Shown here in pieces: positions 30,541-41,028 of a DNA stretch of 64,000 nt. How positions within the stretch are numbered: the first letter of the stretch is position 1; every line of letters begins with the position of its first letter. Under the pieces are notes generated by a model. That model had not been told where the DNA came from and did no database searches. It worked only from the letters and a program-made list of their open reading frames with translations. A program made the position numbers and the translations under genes. Origin of the DNA: an uncultured Chloroflexia bacterium (lineage in GTDB: Bacteria; Chloroflexota; Anaerolineae; JAAYZQ01); assembly GCA_963700285.1 (NCBI GenBank), contig CAVOXA010000001.1, positions 320,001 to 384,000 on the forward strand. Reading direction: 5' to 3'.

Positions 30541-31806
30541 ATGAGATATACAATGGCAGAAAAGATTCTGGCGGCGCACGCCGAGGAAGAATATGTGCGC
30601 GCTGGCCAGTTCGTCGAGGTGGATGTAGACATCGTGCTCAGCAACGATATCACTGCGCCCATCTCGATCCGCGAGTTTGAGAAGCTGGGAGTTGATCAAG
30701 TCTTTGATCCGGATCGGGTGGTGCTGGTGGCCGACCACTTTGCACCCAACAAAGACATTAAATCCGCCGAACAATGTCTTGCTATGCGCAGGTTTGCCCG
30801 AGCCCAGGAGCTACCGCACCATTTTGAGGGTGGTCGTATGGGGATCGAACACGTGCTACTGCCCGAGCAGGGATTGGTATTGCCTGGCGACATTGTGGTG
30901 GGTGCTGACTCACATACCTGCACCTACGGCGCCTTGGGTTCCTTTGCTACCGGCATGGGCAGTACCGACATTGCCGTGACCATGGCCACGGGACGCACCT
31001 GGATGCGCGTGCCGGAGACCATCCGCATCCTGTATCATGGTGAGCTAAGGCCGTGGGTTGGTGGCAAGGACCTCATTTTGTACACCATTGGACTGCTTGG
31101 TGTTGGCGGGGCGCGATACCAAGCCATCGAGTTCGCCGGACCGGCCATGGACTCCCTGTCTATGGATGGACGGTTGACCATGGCAAACATGGCTATCGAG
31201 GCCGGTGCCAAGACGGGGCTTTTTGCTGTGGATGACACGACCCTGGACTATGTTGAGGGCCGCGCTACGCGACCCTATCACGTCTATCATGCTGACCAGG
31301 ACGCAGCCTATGTCGCGAGCCTTGAAATTGATGTGAGTACCATCGAGCCGCAGGTTGCCTTTCCGCATTTGCCAGAGAACGCCCGACCTGTGAGCCAGGC
31401 AGGTGATGTCAAGATCGATCAAGCAGTCATCGGTTCCTGTACGAACGGCCGCATGGAGGACCTGGAGGCTGCAGCCGCGGTGCTGCGTGGCCGCCAAGTA
31501 CATCCCGACGTACGTTGTATTGTCATACCCGGCAGCCAGCAGGTCTACATGGACGCTCTGCGTGCAGGTCTTGTTGAGGTCTTTCTTGCGGCGGGTGCAG
31601 TATTTAGCACGCCGACCTGTGGCCCATGCCTGGGCGGCCACATGGGGGTTTTGGCCGGTGGAGAGCGAGCGGTGAGTACCACTAACCGCAACTTTCGCGG
31701 GCGAATGGGGCATCGTGACAGTGAGGTCTACCTGGCCGGGCCCGCTGTAGCTGCGGCTTCGGCGGTGGCAGGACGTGTCGCTGGTCCAGAGGAGGTGCTG
31801 GCGTGA
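30541..31806 (+). CDS. leuC: 3-isopropylmalate dehydratase large subunit
   Basis: DHF, DSHTCT, GSCTNGR, CGPCLG, TNRNF. Confidence 0.95.
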   Translation: MRYTMAEKILAAHAEEEYVRAGQFVEVDVDIVLSNDITAPISIREFEKLGVDQVFDPDRVVLVADHFAPNKDIKSAEQCLAMRRFARAQELPHHFEGGRMGIEHVLLPEQGLVLPGDIVVGADSHTCTYGALGSFATGMGSTDIAVTMATGRTWMRVPETIRILYHGELRPWVGGKDLILYTIGLLGVGGARYQAIEFAGPAMDSLSMDGRLTMANMAIEAGAKTGLFAVDDTTLDYVEGRATRPYHVYHADQDAAYVASLEIDVSTIEPQVAFPHLPENARPVSQAGDVKIDQAVIGSCTNGRMEDLEAAAAVLRGRQVHPDVRCIVIPGSQQVYMDALRAGLVEVFLAAGAVFSTPTCGPCLGGHMGVLAGGERAVSTTNRNFRGRMGHRDSEVYLAGPAVAAASAVAGRVAGPEEVLA

Positions 31807-32297
31807 AACTGAGGGGACAGGTCTGGAAGTACGGCGACAATGTTGATACGGATGTCATCATTCCGGCGCGCTACCTGAATCTACACACGGCTGAGGAACT
31901 GGCGCCACATTGCATGGAGGACATTGACGCTGGTTTTGCCAAAGCGGTGCAGCCAGGGGACATGATCGTCGCCGGTGAGAACTTTGGCAGTGGTTCGTCG
32001 CGCGAACACGCGCCGCTGGCCATGAAGGGGGCAGGCGTGAGTTGTGTCATAGCGCACAGCTTTGCCCGTATCTTCTATCGCAATGCCATCAACGTCGGCT
32101 TGCCGATCCTGGAATCTCCGGAGGCTGTGGACGGTACAGAGCACGGACACCAACTGGAGATCGATCTGGAGGTAGGCAGGATTCACAACCTGAGCACAGG
32201 AGAGGTTTATCAGGCTGAAGCCTATCCGCCCTTCATGATGAAGATCATCGCTGCTGGGGGGTTGGTGCCATACACCCAGTTGGGCCTGAGCGCGTAG
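31803..32297 (+). CDS. leuD: 3-isopropylmalate dehydratase small subunit
   Basis: [27 protein letters not shown]. Confidence 0.95.
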   Translation: MKLRGQVWKYGDNVDTDVIIPARYLNLHTAEELAPHCMEDIDAGFAKAVQPGDMIVAGENFGSGSSREHAPLAMKGAGVSCVIAHSFARIFYRNAINVGLPILESPEAVDGTEHGHQLEIDLEVGRIHNLSTGEVYQAEAYPPFMMKIIAAGGLVPYTQLGLSA

Positions 32298-32305
32298 CAT
32301 CAAGA

Positions 32306-33439
32306 ATGTCAACCACCCCAGGAGCAGAATACGTGATCGAACGAGACGAGAAAAATGATCTTGAAGAGTCTGGAGGACCTATCCGTATAGCCGTGCTAGC
32401 CGGTGATGGTATCGGCCTCGAGGTGACCGACGAGGCCGAAAAGGTACTGCGCGCCGTTGGAGAGCGCTTTGGACATCAGTTCGAGTTGGTGCCTGGATTG
32501 GTGGGCGGCGCTGCCATGGATGAGACTGGGGATCCACTGCCGGAAGAGACGCTAGCTTTGTGCCGGTCTTCCAGGGCGATCCTTTTTGGCGCGGTGGGCG
32601 ATCCAAAGTATGACGATCCACAGGCAAACGCGAGACCGGAGCAGGCGCTCCTGGGTCTGCGCAAGGAACTGGGGTTGTTCGCCAACCTGCGCCCGGTGTG
32701 GGTGCATCCTGATATGGCTGATTCTTCTCCTCTGAAACCCGAGTTGGTGCAGGGAGTGGACCTCATCGTCGTCCGTGAGCTGACCGGTGGCATCTACTTC
32801 GGACAGCCCCGGACAGAGGGCGCTCAGCGGGCGGTGGATACGATGGTCTACACTTACGAGGAGGTTGAGCGCATTGCTCATGTCGCCTTTCGTATCGCCC
32901 GGAGACGCCGGCGCAAGGTTACGTCGGTGGATAAGGCCAATGTGCTGGCCTGTTCGCGCCTCTGGCGCTGGACGGTTGATGCTGTAGCACAAGAGTACCC
33001 CGACGTCGTCCTGGAGCATCTGTTGGTAGATGCAACCACGATGCACCTCATCAATCGGCCCCGTGACTTTGACGTAATTGTCACCGGTAATATGTTCGGG
33101 GATATTCTGAGCGACGAAACGTCGGTGCTGGCCGGGTCAATGGGGCTGCTGCCGTCGGCTTCGCTCGGAGAGGGAAGCTCAGGCATGTACGAGCCGATCC
33201 ATGGCTCCGCGCCTGATATTGCCGGAAAGGGCATCGCCAATCCGTTGGCGGCTATCCTTAGCGCGGCCATGCTCCTGCGCCACTCACTGGATCTGGAGGC
33301 AGAAGCAGTTGCGGTAGAAAATGCCGTGAATGTCGTTCTCGCCGCCGGGCATCGCACGGTCGATCTTGCCCGTCCTGGCCAGAGGGCGGCTTCGACCCAG
33401 GAAATGGGTGACCTAGTCAGTGGTGTGCTAGGGGCTTGA
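32306..33439 (+). CDS. leuB: 3-isopropylmalate dehydrogenase
   Basis: [37 protein letters not shown]; exact start uncertain. Confidence 0.95.
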   Translation: MSTTPGAEYVIERDEKNDLEESGGPIRIAVLAGDGIGLEVTDEAEKVLRAVGERFGHQFELVPGLVGGAAMDETGDPLPEETLALCRSSRAILFGAVGDPKYDDPQANARPEQALLGLRKELGLFANLRPVWVHPDMADSSPLKPELVQGVDLIVVRELTGGIYFGQPRTEGAQRAVDTMVYTYEEVERIAHVAFRIARRRRRKVTSVDKANVLACSRLWRWTVDAVAQEYPDVVLEHLLVDATTMHLINRPRDFDVIVTGNMFGDILSDETSVLAGSMGLLPSASLGEGSSGMYEPIHGSAPDIAGKGIANPLAAILSAAMLLRHSLDLEAEAVAVENAVNVVLAAGHRTVDLARPGQRAASTQEMGDLVSGVLGA

Positions 33440-33449
33440 TGAACAAGCT

Positions 33450-33487
33450 GAGGACGAAGGATACAGGACACAGGATCCTTCGTCCTC
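33450..33487. repeat. Intergenic 13-bp stem hairpin (REP-like, no U-tract)
   Basis: GAGGACGAAGGAT ... ATCCTTCGTCCTC. Confidence 0.7.
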
Positions 33488-33569
33488 TACTTATCACTCC
33501 CTGTCACGTGGTGGCAGGAATGAAAATCTGAATCCAGACGAGCCGAGGCTCACAGGGAAGGAGAAGACG

Positions 33570-34499
33570 ATGGCAGATCACAAAGCAGAGAAGGTTTGGT
33601 TCAATGGAGAATTGGTTCCGTGGGACGAGGCGACAGTCCATGTCACAGCCCACGTGATGCACTATGGATCCAGCGTGTTCGAGGGGATTCGGGCCTATGC
33701 CAGCGAGGATGGCCCGGCAGTCTTTTGCCTGGACGCCCACATACTGCGTTTGTTCAACTCGGCCAAGATCTACCGCATGGAGATCCCGTACACCCCGGAA
33801 GAGATCAAACAGGCGATCCTGGACACCATCCTCGCCAACGGGCACAGCTCGTGCTACATCCGGCCCCTGGTATTCCGCGGGGCTGGATCGCTTGGTGTGA
33901 ATCCACTTGCCAGCCCGGTCGATACTGTCATTCTAACCTTTGAGTGGGGGGCCTATCTAGGTCCCGAAGCCATCGAGCAGGGGGTTGACGTGGGCGTGAG
34001 TTCGTGGCGGCGTATGGCGCCCGGTACCTTTCCCGCTGCAGCCAAGATCGGCGGGCAGTACATCAACTCACAGTTTATCACCATGGAGGCGGTCGGGCAC
34101 GGCTATGTGGAGGGCATCGCGCTGGACGTGAATGGTCTGGTCAGTGAAGGGAGTGGTGAGAACATCTTTGTGGTTTCCAATGGCACCATCGTCACTCCCT
34201 CCTTTGCTTCTTCTATCTTGCAGGGGATCACGCGGACCTGCGTGATCCAACTGTGTCAGGACCTGGGATACCCGCTGCGGGAGGAATCGATCCCCCGTGA
34301 GCTGCTCTACCTGGCCGATGAGGTGTTCTTTAGCGGTACTGCGGCCGAGATCACGCCTGTTCGTTCTATCGATAGAATTGCCATTGGCAGTGGCCGGCGC
34401 GGTCCCATCACTGAACATCTGCAGTCCGAGTTCTTTGGCATCACCCAGGGCAAGATCCCCGACCGTCATGGCTGGCTGACGCCGTGCCGAGCGGTTTAG
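33570..34499 (+). CDS. ilvE: Branched-chain amino acid aminotransferase
   Basis: [39 protein letters not shown]. Confidence 0.95.
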   Translation: MADHKAEKVWFNGELVPWDEATVHVTAHVMHYGSSVFEGIRAYASEDGPAVFCLDAHILRLFNSAKIYRMEIPYTPEEIKQAILDTILANGHSSCYIRPLVFRGAGSLGVNPLASPVDTVILTFEWGAYLGPEAIEQGVDVGVSSWRRMAPGTFPAAAKIGGQYINSQFITMEAVGHGYVEGIALDVNGLVSEGSGENIFVVSNGTIVTPSFASSILQGITRTCVIQLCQDLGYPLREESIPRELLYLADEVFFSGTAAEITPVRSIDRIAIGSGRRGPITEHLQSEFFGITQGKIPDRHGWLTPCRAV

Positions 34500-34548
34500 A
34501 GGTGTTGTCCCCCAGGATGACTGCCAGTACTTTGGGAATGAGGAGCCT

Positions 34549-36114
34549 ATGACCCTCAAGCTTTATGACACAACCTTGCGCGATGGTAGCCAACGGGAGG
34601 GCATCTCGTTCTCAGTAGAGGACAAGCTCAAGATCGCCCGACAGTTGGACCGGTTGGGCATGAGTTACGTGGAAGGCGGCTGGCCTGGATCAAATCCCAA
34701 GGACATGGCCTTCTTTGAGCGGGCTCCTGATCTGCGCCTGGAACGAGCTGTCGTAACAGCTTTTGGCAGTACACGGCGGGCGGGCACAACGGCTGAGCAG
34801 GATGCCAACATTCAGGCTCTGCTTGCTGCTGGCACGCCTGCCGTGGCGGTGTTTGGCAAGAGCTGGGATCTTCATGTCCATCACGTGCTTGGCACCACGC
34901 TGGAAGAGAACCTACGTATGATCGCCGATAGTGTGCGCTATCTGAAAGCGCAAGGGCGCGAGGTGATCTACGATGCTGAGCATTTCTTCGATGGCTACGA
35001 CGCTGACCCAGCCTACGCGCTGCGGACATTGGCTGCGGCTGCTGAGGCTGGGGCTGACGTGCTGGTGTTGTGTGATACCAACGGCGGCGCGTTGCCCTCG
35101 GTCCTGGCTCATGTTGTCAGCCTGGTACAGCAAGCCACGACTACGCCCTTGGGCATCCATACGCACAATGACAGTGGGATGGGCGTGGCAAACGCCGTCG
35201 TAGCTGTCGAGCGGGGAGTTGTCCATGTACAGGGCACGATCAATGGCTACGGCGAGCGCTGTGGCAATGCTGACCTTTGTGCCATCATTCCAACCTTGAA
35301 GCTCAAGATGGGCCACGATTGTGTCACCGACGAGCAGTTGACCGGTCTGACTGAGACCGCCCGCTACGTCAGCGAGCTGGCAAACTTGAAATTGGATGCG
35401 CACCTGCCCTACGTCGGCCACAGCGCCTTTGCGCACAAGGGGGGAATGCACGTCAATGCCCTGGTAAAGTGCGAGGAGAGTTACCAGCATATCAAACCCG
35501 AACTGGTTGGCAACCAGTCGCGCGTCGTCGTGTCCGAGTTGTCGGGCAAGAGCAACATTGCCTACAAGGTAAGTGAGTTCGGTCTGGAGTTGGCCGGTGA
35601 AACCCAGCTGGCCCAGCCTATTCTGAGCCGTATCAAGGAATTGGAGAGCCAGGGGTTCCAGTTCGAGGGGGCAGAGGGATCCGTGGAGCTGCTCATCAGG
35701 CGGGCCCGGCCGGACTATGTCCCGCCCTTTGAGCTTTTGGATTTTCATGTCCTGGTGCATGGCAGTGAAGGGGCTAGCATGGCGGCTGAGGCGACGGTCA
35801 AGGTGCGGGTGGGCGATGAGGTGATGCACACAGCCGCCGATGGCAACGGCCCAGTCAATGCTCTGAATACCGCTGTCCGGAAAGCGTTGTTGCCTTTTTA
35901 TCCCGGACTGGCTGATGTCCACCTTATGGACTACAAGGTTCGTATCCTGGATAGTGAGGCAGGTACGGCGGCTCAGACCCGGGTACTGATAGACTCGGCC
36001 GAGGGGCACCGTACTTGGAGCACTGTCGGCAGTTCGACAAACATCATAGAGGCCAGTTGGCAGGCACTGGCTGACAGCCTGGAATACGCTTTGTTGAATG
36101 GTGGAAATGTTTGA
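34549..36114 (+). CDS. cimA: Citramalate synthase
   Basis: DTTLRDGSQREG, GWPGSNPKD, AEHFFDG, HKGGMH, DYKVRIL, WSTVG. Confidence 0.9.
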   Translation: MTLKLYDTTLRDGSQREGISFSVEDKLKIARQLDRLGMSYVEGGWPGSNPKDMAFFERAPDLRLERAVVTAFGSTRRAGTTAEQDANIQALLAAGTPAVAVFGKSWDLHVHHVLGTTLEENLRMIADSVRYLKAQGREVIYDAEHFFDGYDADPAYALRTLAAAAEAGADVLVLCDTNGGALPSVLAHVVSLVQQATTTPLGIHTHNDSGMGVANAVVAVERGVVHVQGTINGYGERCGNADLCAIIPTLKLKMGHDCVTDEQLTGLTETARYVSELANLKLDAHLPYVGHSAFAHKGGMHVNALVKCEESYQHIKPELVGNQSRVVVSELSGKSNIAYKVSEFGLELAGETQLAQPILSRIKELESQGFQFEGAEGSVELLIRRARPDYVPPFELLDFHVLVHGSEGASMAAEATVKVRVGDEVMHTAADGNGPVNALNTAVRKALLPFYPGLADVHLMDYKVRILDSEAGTAAQTRVLIDSAEGHRTWSTVGSSTNIIEASWQALADSLEYALLNGGNV

Positions 36115-36144
36115 ACTGATGCGACCGTGTCGCTACTTCAGGGA

Positions 36145-36173
36145 TTGACAGGGCGTGGGCTTTGCTGTACAAT
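36145..36173 (+). promoter_or_regulatory. Sigma70 promoter for the LeuA-like paralogue
   Basis: TTGACA (36145-36150)-N17-TACAAT (36168-36173). Confidence 0.75.
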
Positions 36174-36203
36174 CGTCAATGAAATGCCTCATCAGCGGAG
36201 GGT

Positions 36204-37880
36204 ATGATGGAGAGGGTCAGGATCTTTGATGCGACCTTGTATGGCGGTGGACAGGCGCCCGGTGTGGGTCTCGACATCGAGGAGAAGCTAGAAATCGCAC
36301 GCTTGCTGGAGCAGATGGGCATAGACGTCATCCAGGCAGGCTTTCCCATCTCCTCGCCACGGGCCTTCGAATCGGTGCAGAGACTTGCCCGAGAGATCCA
36401 AGACAGCGTGGTGTGTGCTCTGGCCCGCGCTCGACAGGAGGACATTGACGTTGCCCTTGCCGCCCTCAGGGGTGCGGCACAGCCGCGCATCCAGGTTGGG
36501 CTCGGTGTCTCTGACTCGTACGTCGTGGGCAAGCTTAAAAGCACGCGTGAGGCTGTGCTGTCTATGGGCGTCGACGCTGTCCGCTATGCGCGCCGCTATG
36601 TGGACGATGTACAATACTATGCCGCTGATGCCTGCCGGGCTGACATCGAGTACCTGTACGCTGTGTTGGAGGCCGTAATTGAAGCTGGGGCAGGAACGGT
36701 GAACATTGCAGATGCCATCGGCTTCTACATACCCTCCGAATGGGGTGCACTGATCTGCGGCATCCGAGAAAACGTGCCCAACATTGACAAAGCAATCATT
36801 TCGGTTCATTGCCACAATGACCTGGGCTTGGCTACGGCAAATGCGCTGGAGGCGCTGAACCATGGCGCCCGCCAGGTTGAATGTGCCGTCAATGGCATCG
36901 GAGAACGAACTGGCACGGCTCGCCTGGAGGAGATGGTGGTCGCCCTCAGGGCTCGAGGCTCAGTCCTGGGCCTGGACACCGGCGTCGAGTCGCATTTGAT
37001 CTACCCGCTCAGCCAGTTGGTCAGCCATCTGACAGGTCTTTCCATCCAGCCGACCAAGGCCATCGTGGGCGACAAAGCGTTCGCCTATACTTCGGGTATG
37101 TACCAAGATGGCGTGTTGCGGGGGCGGACCGATGGCGAGATTATCGATCCGGCGGAGATCGGAATTGTGGAAACACGGGATGGGGTTGCCCTGCTGACAG
37201 GGCGCCAAGGGCTGCGCCGCCGGCTGAGTGAGATGGGCTATAGTCTGGACGATGTGCAGTTTGAACAGATCTACAATCGGTTCCGGGCCATGGCCAAGAA
37301 AAAGCCTAACCTGGAGATTCGTGACCTGGAGGCCATCGTCAGTGGTGAGACGGCCCTGTTCCTGGAAGAGACCTATGAGTTGGAGCAGGTCCAGATCACC
37401 TGCGGTACCAATACGCTGCCCGTGGCCGCTGTTTGCCTGCGGGGTCCAGAGGAGGACCCGAGCTGGGCAACAAGCTATGGTAACGGCCCGGTGGATGCCA
37501 CCTTTAGGGCCATCGACCTTCTCGCTGGCGTGCCAAATGACTTGCTAGAGTACTCGGTGCAATCCATGACCGAAGGTGTGGACGCACTGGCCAATGTGGC
37601 GGTTCGGATCCAAGGAGAAATACCTGCCGCTGATTCGCGCCGGGCAGAAAAGCGCGTGTTCCTGGGCCGGGGCGTCGATACAGACATCTTGGTCGCCAGT
37701 GCAAAAGCCTATCTCTTTGCACTCAATCGTTTGCTGGCCGCAAGGCGAGCTACCAGCCGGCGACAGGTCATCACTGACGAGGTGAGACAAGCGCTGGAAG
37801 AGATGGACGCCCGGTATGGCACAGCGCATTCAGGTGACCTGATGGGCTGGAGTGCCCTGAGGGGGGAGGATCTGATCTGA
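36204..37880 (+). CDS. LeuA paralogue with degenerate active site (putative pseudoenzyme)
   Basis: Collinear with leuA 28910 but has DATLYGGGQ instead of DTTLRDGEQ; intact 558-aa ORF. Confidence 0.85.
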   Translation: MMERVRIFDATLYGGGQAPGVGLDIEEKLEIARLLEQMGIDVIQAGFPISSPRAFESVQRLAREIQDSVVCALARARQEDIDVALAALRGAAQPRIQVGLGVSDSYVVGKLKSTREAVLSMGVDAVRYARRYVDDVQYYAADACRADIEYLYAVLEAVIEAGAGTVNIADAIGFYIPSEWGALICGIRENVPNIDKAIISVHCHNDLGLATANALEALNHGARQVECAVNGIGERTGTARLEEMVVALRARGSVLGLDTGVESHLIYPLSQLVSHLTGLSIQPTKAIVGDKAFAYTSGMYQDGVLRGRTDGEIIDPAEIGIVETRDGVALLTGRQGLRRRLSEMGYSLDDVQFEQIYNRFRAMAKKKPNLEIRDLEAIVSGETALFLEETYELEQVQITCGTNTLPVAAVCLRGPEEDPSWATSYGNGPVDATFRAIDLLAGVPNDLLEYSVQSMTEGVDALANVAVRIQGEIPAADSRRAEKRVFLGRGVDTDILVASAKAYLFALNRLLAARRATSRRQVITDEVRQALEEMDARYGTAHSGDLMGWSALRGEDLI

Positions 37881-37882
37881 AA

Positions 37883-38881
37883 ATGGAAGACTGGATGTTT
37901 GAAGAGGAATGGGAGTGGGATCCTGAGGAGGATGATCGGGTCTTGTACGAAATGGCCGAGGAACTCTCTGACCGTTTGTTCCTAAGCGACAACGACCTGC
38001 TGCCAGATGCTGGTGCCGACTATAACCTGGGCTACCTGGGCCCCGAGGACTGGTGGCCACTCTCGATCCAATTGGTCGAGATGGTAGACCTGGAGGCTAT
38101 CGTCGATCTGATGGAGGCCCTGAATGAGCAATTGGGTCTCCCTGACCTTCCCACGGAGATACTAGAGGCCCCCCTCAATTTTCTGACAAGTGTGCTGGAA
38201 GGCAACCTGCCCCTGGAGCCCTCAGGGCGACGCGTGGGTAGCCGGCGCCTGGTCAAGATCGCCCTGCTCATGACCCGCTTGCTGCGGGAATTTCCGGCCC
38301 CTGCACAGGCAGCGGTCCGCGCTTGGGCTGACGTGCACCGGAAGCTGGCCAATCACTATGACCTGCCCGACTTCCATGAGGAGGACATGGATGAGTTCTT
38401 GCTCGCACCTGATCTGCCCCCGGCAGTTGCGGGATTCAGCTTGATGTTGGCCATGACCTTGATGCGCTGGCCTGAGCGAGCTGAGGGTGTGCCCCTGCCT
38501 TCGGGCTTTCTCGACCCTGACCTGTACGACGAGGTGTATGCCCAGTGGGAGTCGTTGCCCGATAGCCCTACGGTAACAGAAGAAGGGGTGGGAGAGGCCG
38601 AGGCGCTTTTTGCTCAAGGTCAGCTCGCGCATGCTTTGGCTCAGTTGGGTACGGTTGAGGGACTGGATCCCGACGAGGCCGAGGATGGGGATGTGGCCGT
38701 GGCCTATTCTCGCCTGAGCCGGGCGATCCTATGGATGCATGACCAATGTCGCCATTGTCCTGAGCGCGAGGAGATTGCCTGCCGGGCAATTACTGACTGG
38801 CCTGAGCATCCGGTACTCCTCTTGGATGTGGCCAGTGAGATCTCTAATACGGGCCGGATCAAGGGCTGTGTGCGCATGTAG
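37883..38881 (+). CDS. Hypothetical acidic protein with C-terminal Cys cluster
   Basis: 332 aa, very D/E-rich; CRHC-x7-C...C near the C-terminus; starts 2 nt after the upstream stop. Confidence 0.75.
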   Translation: MEDWMFEEEWEWDPEEDDRVLYEMAEELSDRLFLSDNDLLPDAGADYNLGYLGPEDWWPLSIQLVEMVDLEAIVDLMEALNEQLGLPDLPTEILEAPLNFLTSVLEGNLPLEPSGRRVGSRRLVKIALLMTRLLREFPAPAQAAVRAWADVHRKLANHYDLPDFHEEDMDEFLLAPDLPPAVAGFSLMLAMTLMRWPERAEGVPLPSGFLDPDLYDEVYAQWESLPDSPTVTEEGVGEAEALFAQGQLAHALAQLGTVEGLDPDEAEDGDVAVAYSRLSRAILWMHDQCRHCPEREEIACRAITDWPEHPVLLLDVASEISNTGRIKGCVRM

Positions 38882-39049
38882 GCATTCCCTACAGTCATGC
38901 GCGGCCCTCAACCTCGCACCGCCTTGATGGATCTGTTGCCGCAGTACGCCGACAGCCTTCTCGAATGCCCCTAGTCCTTGGGGATTCCGGGCCTTGATCC
39001 ACAAGATGTCGTATACTCAGGTTCTGATGTTGGCGACACTCTGACGAGG

Positions 39050-39078
39050 TTGACAGGACTACGATCACAGGCTATAAT
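39050..39078 (+). promoter_or_regulatory. Perfect consensus sigma70 promoter
   Basis: TTGACA (39050-39055)-N17-TATAAT (39073-39078). Confidence 0.85.
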
Positions 39079-39129
39079 GACTTGCTTTTTGCCTTCTGTC
39101 TTCCGCTCTAGCCGGTCTTCTGTGAGACG

Positions 39130-39775
39130 ATGGATTCTTACGCATTGTTGGTGGTCGGACGCACCCAATCGTTGGCTGAGCATCTGCGCAGGACGCTCGA
39201 CGCGGAGCAATACCGCATCCGCTGGGTGCCCAGTACTGCCCAGGCGCAGGCGCTCGATTTTTGGCCCTCTCTGCTCGATCCTTGACCTGCCGCCTTCGGG
39301 TGGTGCCCGCAGCGTGCCGCGCCTGAAACTTCGCTTTGAGGTTCCCGTGTTGGCTCTGCTTCAGCCCGGTCAATCTGTTCCTGGCCAGGTGGATGCTTTC
39401 TTGCCCCGGCCTTTCACAGTGGACCAATTGGTCGAGGCGATCCAGGCGACCTTGATGGCTTATACGCCCCACGTTGTGCAAGCAAAGGGTATGTCTCTGG
39501 ACACGAGAACGAGACGGCTCCAGGTTGATGGTGTCTTCTACCAGCTTCCTCCCATCGCCTGCCAGATACTTGCTCTGCTCATGGCTCGGGCTGGCAAGGC
39601 CGTGCCGCGTGACGAATTGTTCCACCGTATCTGGCAAACAGACGACGGGGACAATACGCGGGTACTGGATGTGCATATCGCTCATCTCCGCCGTTTGCTC
39701 GAAGTCGATCCCCGCCGTCCAAAACTGATCCTCACGGAACGACGGGTCGGCTACCGCCTTCAACCCCCTGACTGA
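39130..39775 (+). CDS. OmpR-type winged-helix regulator with atypical receiver domain; +1 frameshift near 39277
   Basis: MDSYALLVVG...PSLL then ILDLPP...; C-terminus RVLDVHIAHLRRLLE...ILTERRVGYR. Confidence 0.75.
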
Positions 39776-39949
39776 CCGGCTGCAAATCTTCGGTCCATAT
39801 GCGCAGCGCCCAAGGGCACGGCAGCCTGGTATCTCTGTTAACCGTCTTGAAGGAACACTCAGATAGAAATGACTGTCGACAAACGGAACCGGTTGGCGCC
39901 AATGGAAAAGATAACGATCGAGCAAATGACCTCCTTTAGGAGATAGTAC

Positions 39950-41014
39950 ATGAGGATAATGATGAAGCATTGGGAAATATGTGTTGTGCTTGGACTGGGC
40001 TTTCTGGTTGCCACAGGGTCTTGGTTGGTGCTGAGCGAGGGGCTGTCAGCGCAACAGCAGGTCAGTGAGCCTGCCCCGCGAGTTCCACCCTTTGGAGGGA
40101 GTGGCAGATCGATGACCGAGGTGCTGGCCAGTCCCGAGCAGATCTACCTGCCTTTGGTTGCAAACCAGATCCCTCCGAATCTGCCCAAGATCGCCTTTGA
40201 GACGGCACGTGATGGCAACTATGAGATATACTTGATGAACCCTGACGGCTCAGAGCAAACCAACCTGACCAGGCATCCGGCCAAGGACGCGGCTCCTGCT
40301 TGGTCGCCCGATGGGCAGCGGCTCGCCTTTGTTTCTGATCGGGATGGGAACGAAGAGATCTATATCATGAACCGCGACGGTTCTGGGATCGTGCGCCTCA
40401 CCCATAACATAGATGCTCTCGATGGCTGGCCTACCTGGTCACCCGATGGGCTAAAGATCGCGTTCCAGTCGGATCGTAGCGGCGGCACGAAGCCCAAGTT
40501 CGACATCTATGTCATGAATGCCGATGGTTCTGGCCAGACAGCTCTTACGACCCACCCTGCCCATGACCGCTGGCCTGCCTGGTCGCCGGATGGTGCCTGG
40601 ATCACATTTACCTCCAATCGCCTTGTCGTAAAGAAGCTCTATCTGATGAGGCCTGATGGCAGCAGGCAGACATTGCTCTCGCAGCTCAATGTTGGTTACG
40701 ACGACCGTTACTCAACCTGGTCTCCAGATGGACGGATCACCTTCGTCTCTAGCCGCGAGGCGCCCAGTGACGGCAGTACGGATGAAGAGATCTATATGAT
40801 GGGGACGAATGGCTCGAACGTGCGGCAGCTCACCGACAACGATGCTGGGGACTGGCTGGCTCGCTGGGCGCCCGACGGCGCGCGGTTCGTATTCTACTCC
40901 GACCGGGATGGTGAATACCACAAGAATATCGTTGTCAAAATCCTATCCAGCTCGGCAGAGATCAGGCTCACTGACAATACGTGGAACGACGAGTACCCGG
41001 TCTGGTCACCGTAG
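39950..41014 (+). CDS. Secreted TolB-like (PD40) beta-propeller protein
   Basis: Signal-like N-terminus, IYLPLV motif, repeated PAWSPDG units. Confidence 0.85.
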   Translation: MRIMMKHWEICVVLGLGFLVATGSWLVLSEGLSAQQQVSEPAPRVPPFGGSGRSMTEVLASPEQIYLPLVANQIPPNLPKIAFETARDGNYEIYLMNPDGSEQTNLTRHPAKDAAPAWSPDGQRLAFVSDRDGNEEIYIMNRDGSGIVRLTHNIDALDGWPTWSPDGLKIAFQSDRSGGTKPKFDIYVMNADGSGQTALTTHPAHDRWPAWSPDGAWITFTSNRLVVKKLYLMRPDGSRQTLLSQLNVGYDDRYSTWSPDGRITFVSSREAPSDGSTDEEIYMMGTNGSNVRQLTDNDAGDWLARWAPDGARFVFYSDRDGEYHKNIVVKILSSSAEIRLTDNTWNDEYPVWSP

Positions 41015-41028
41015 TGGGGGGGGCCGAG

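Noticed and set aside
40180-41010. Periodic DNA similarity as a possible array
   Set aside because: Explained by protein-level PD40 (WSPDG) repeats; not CRISPR.
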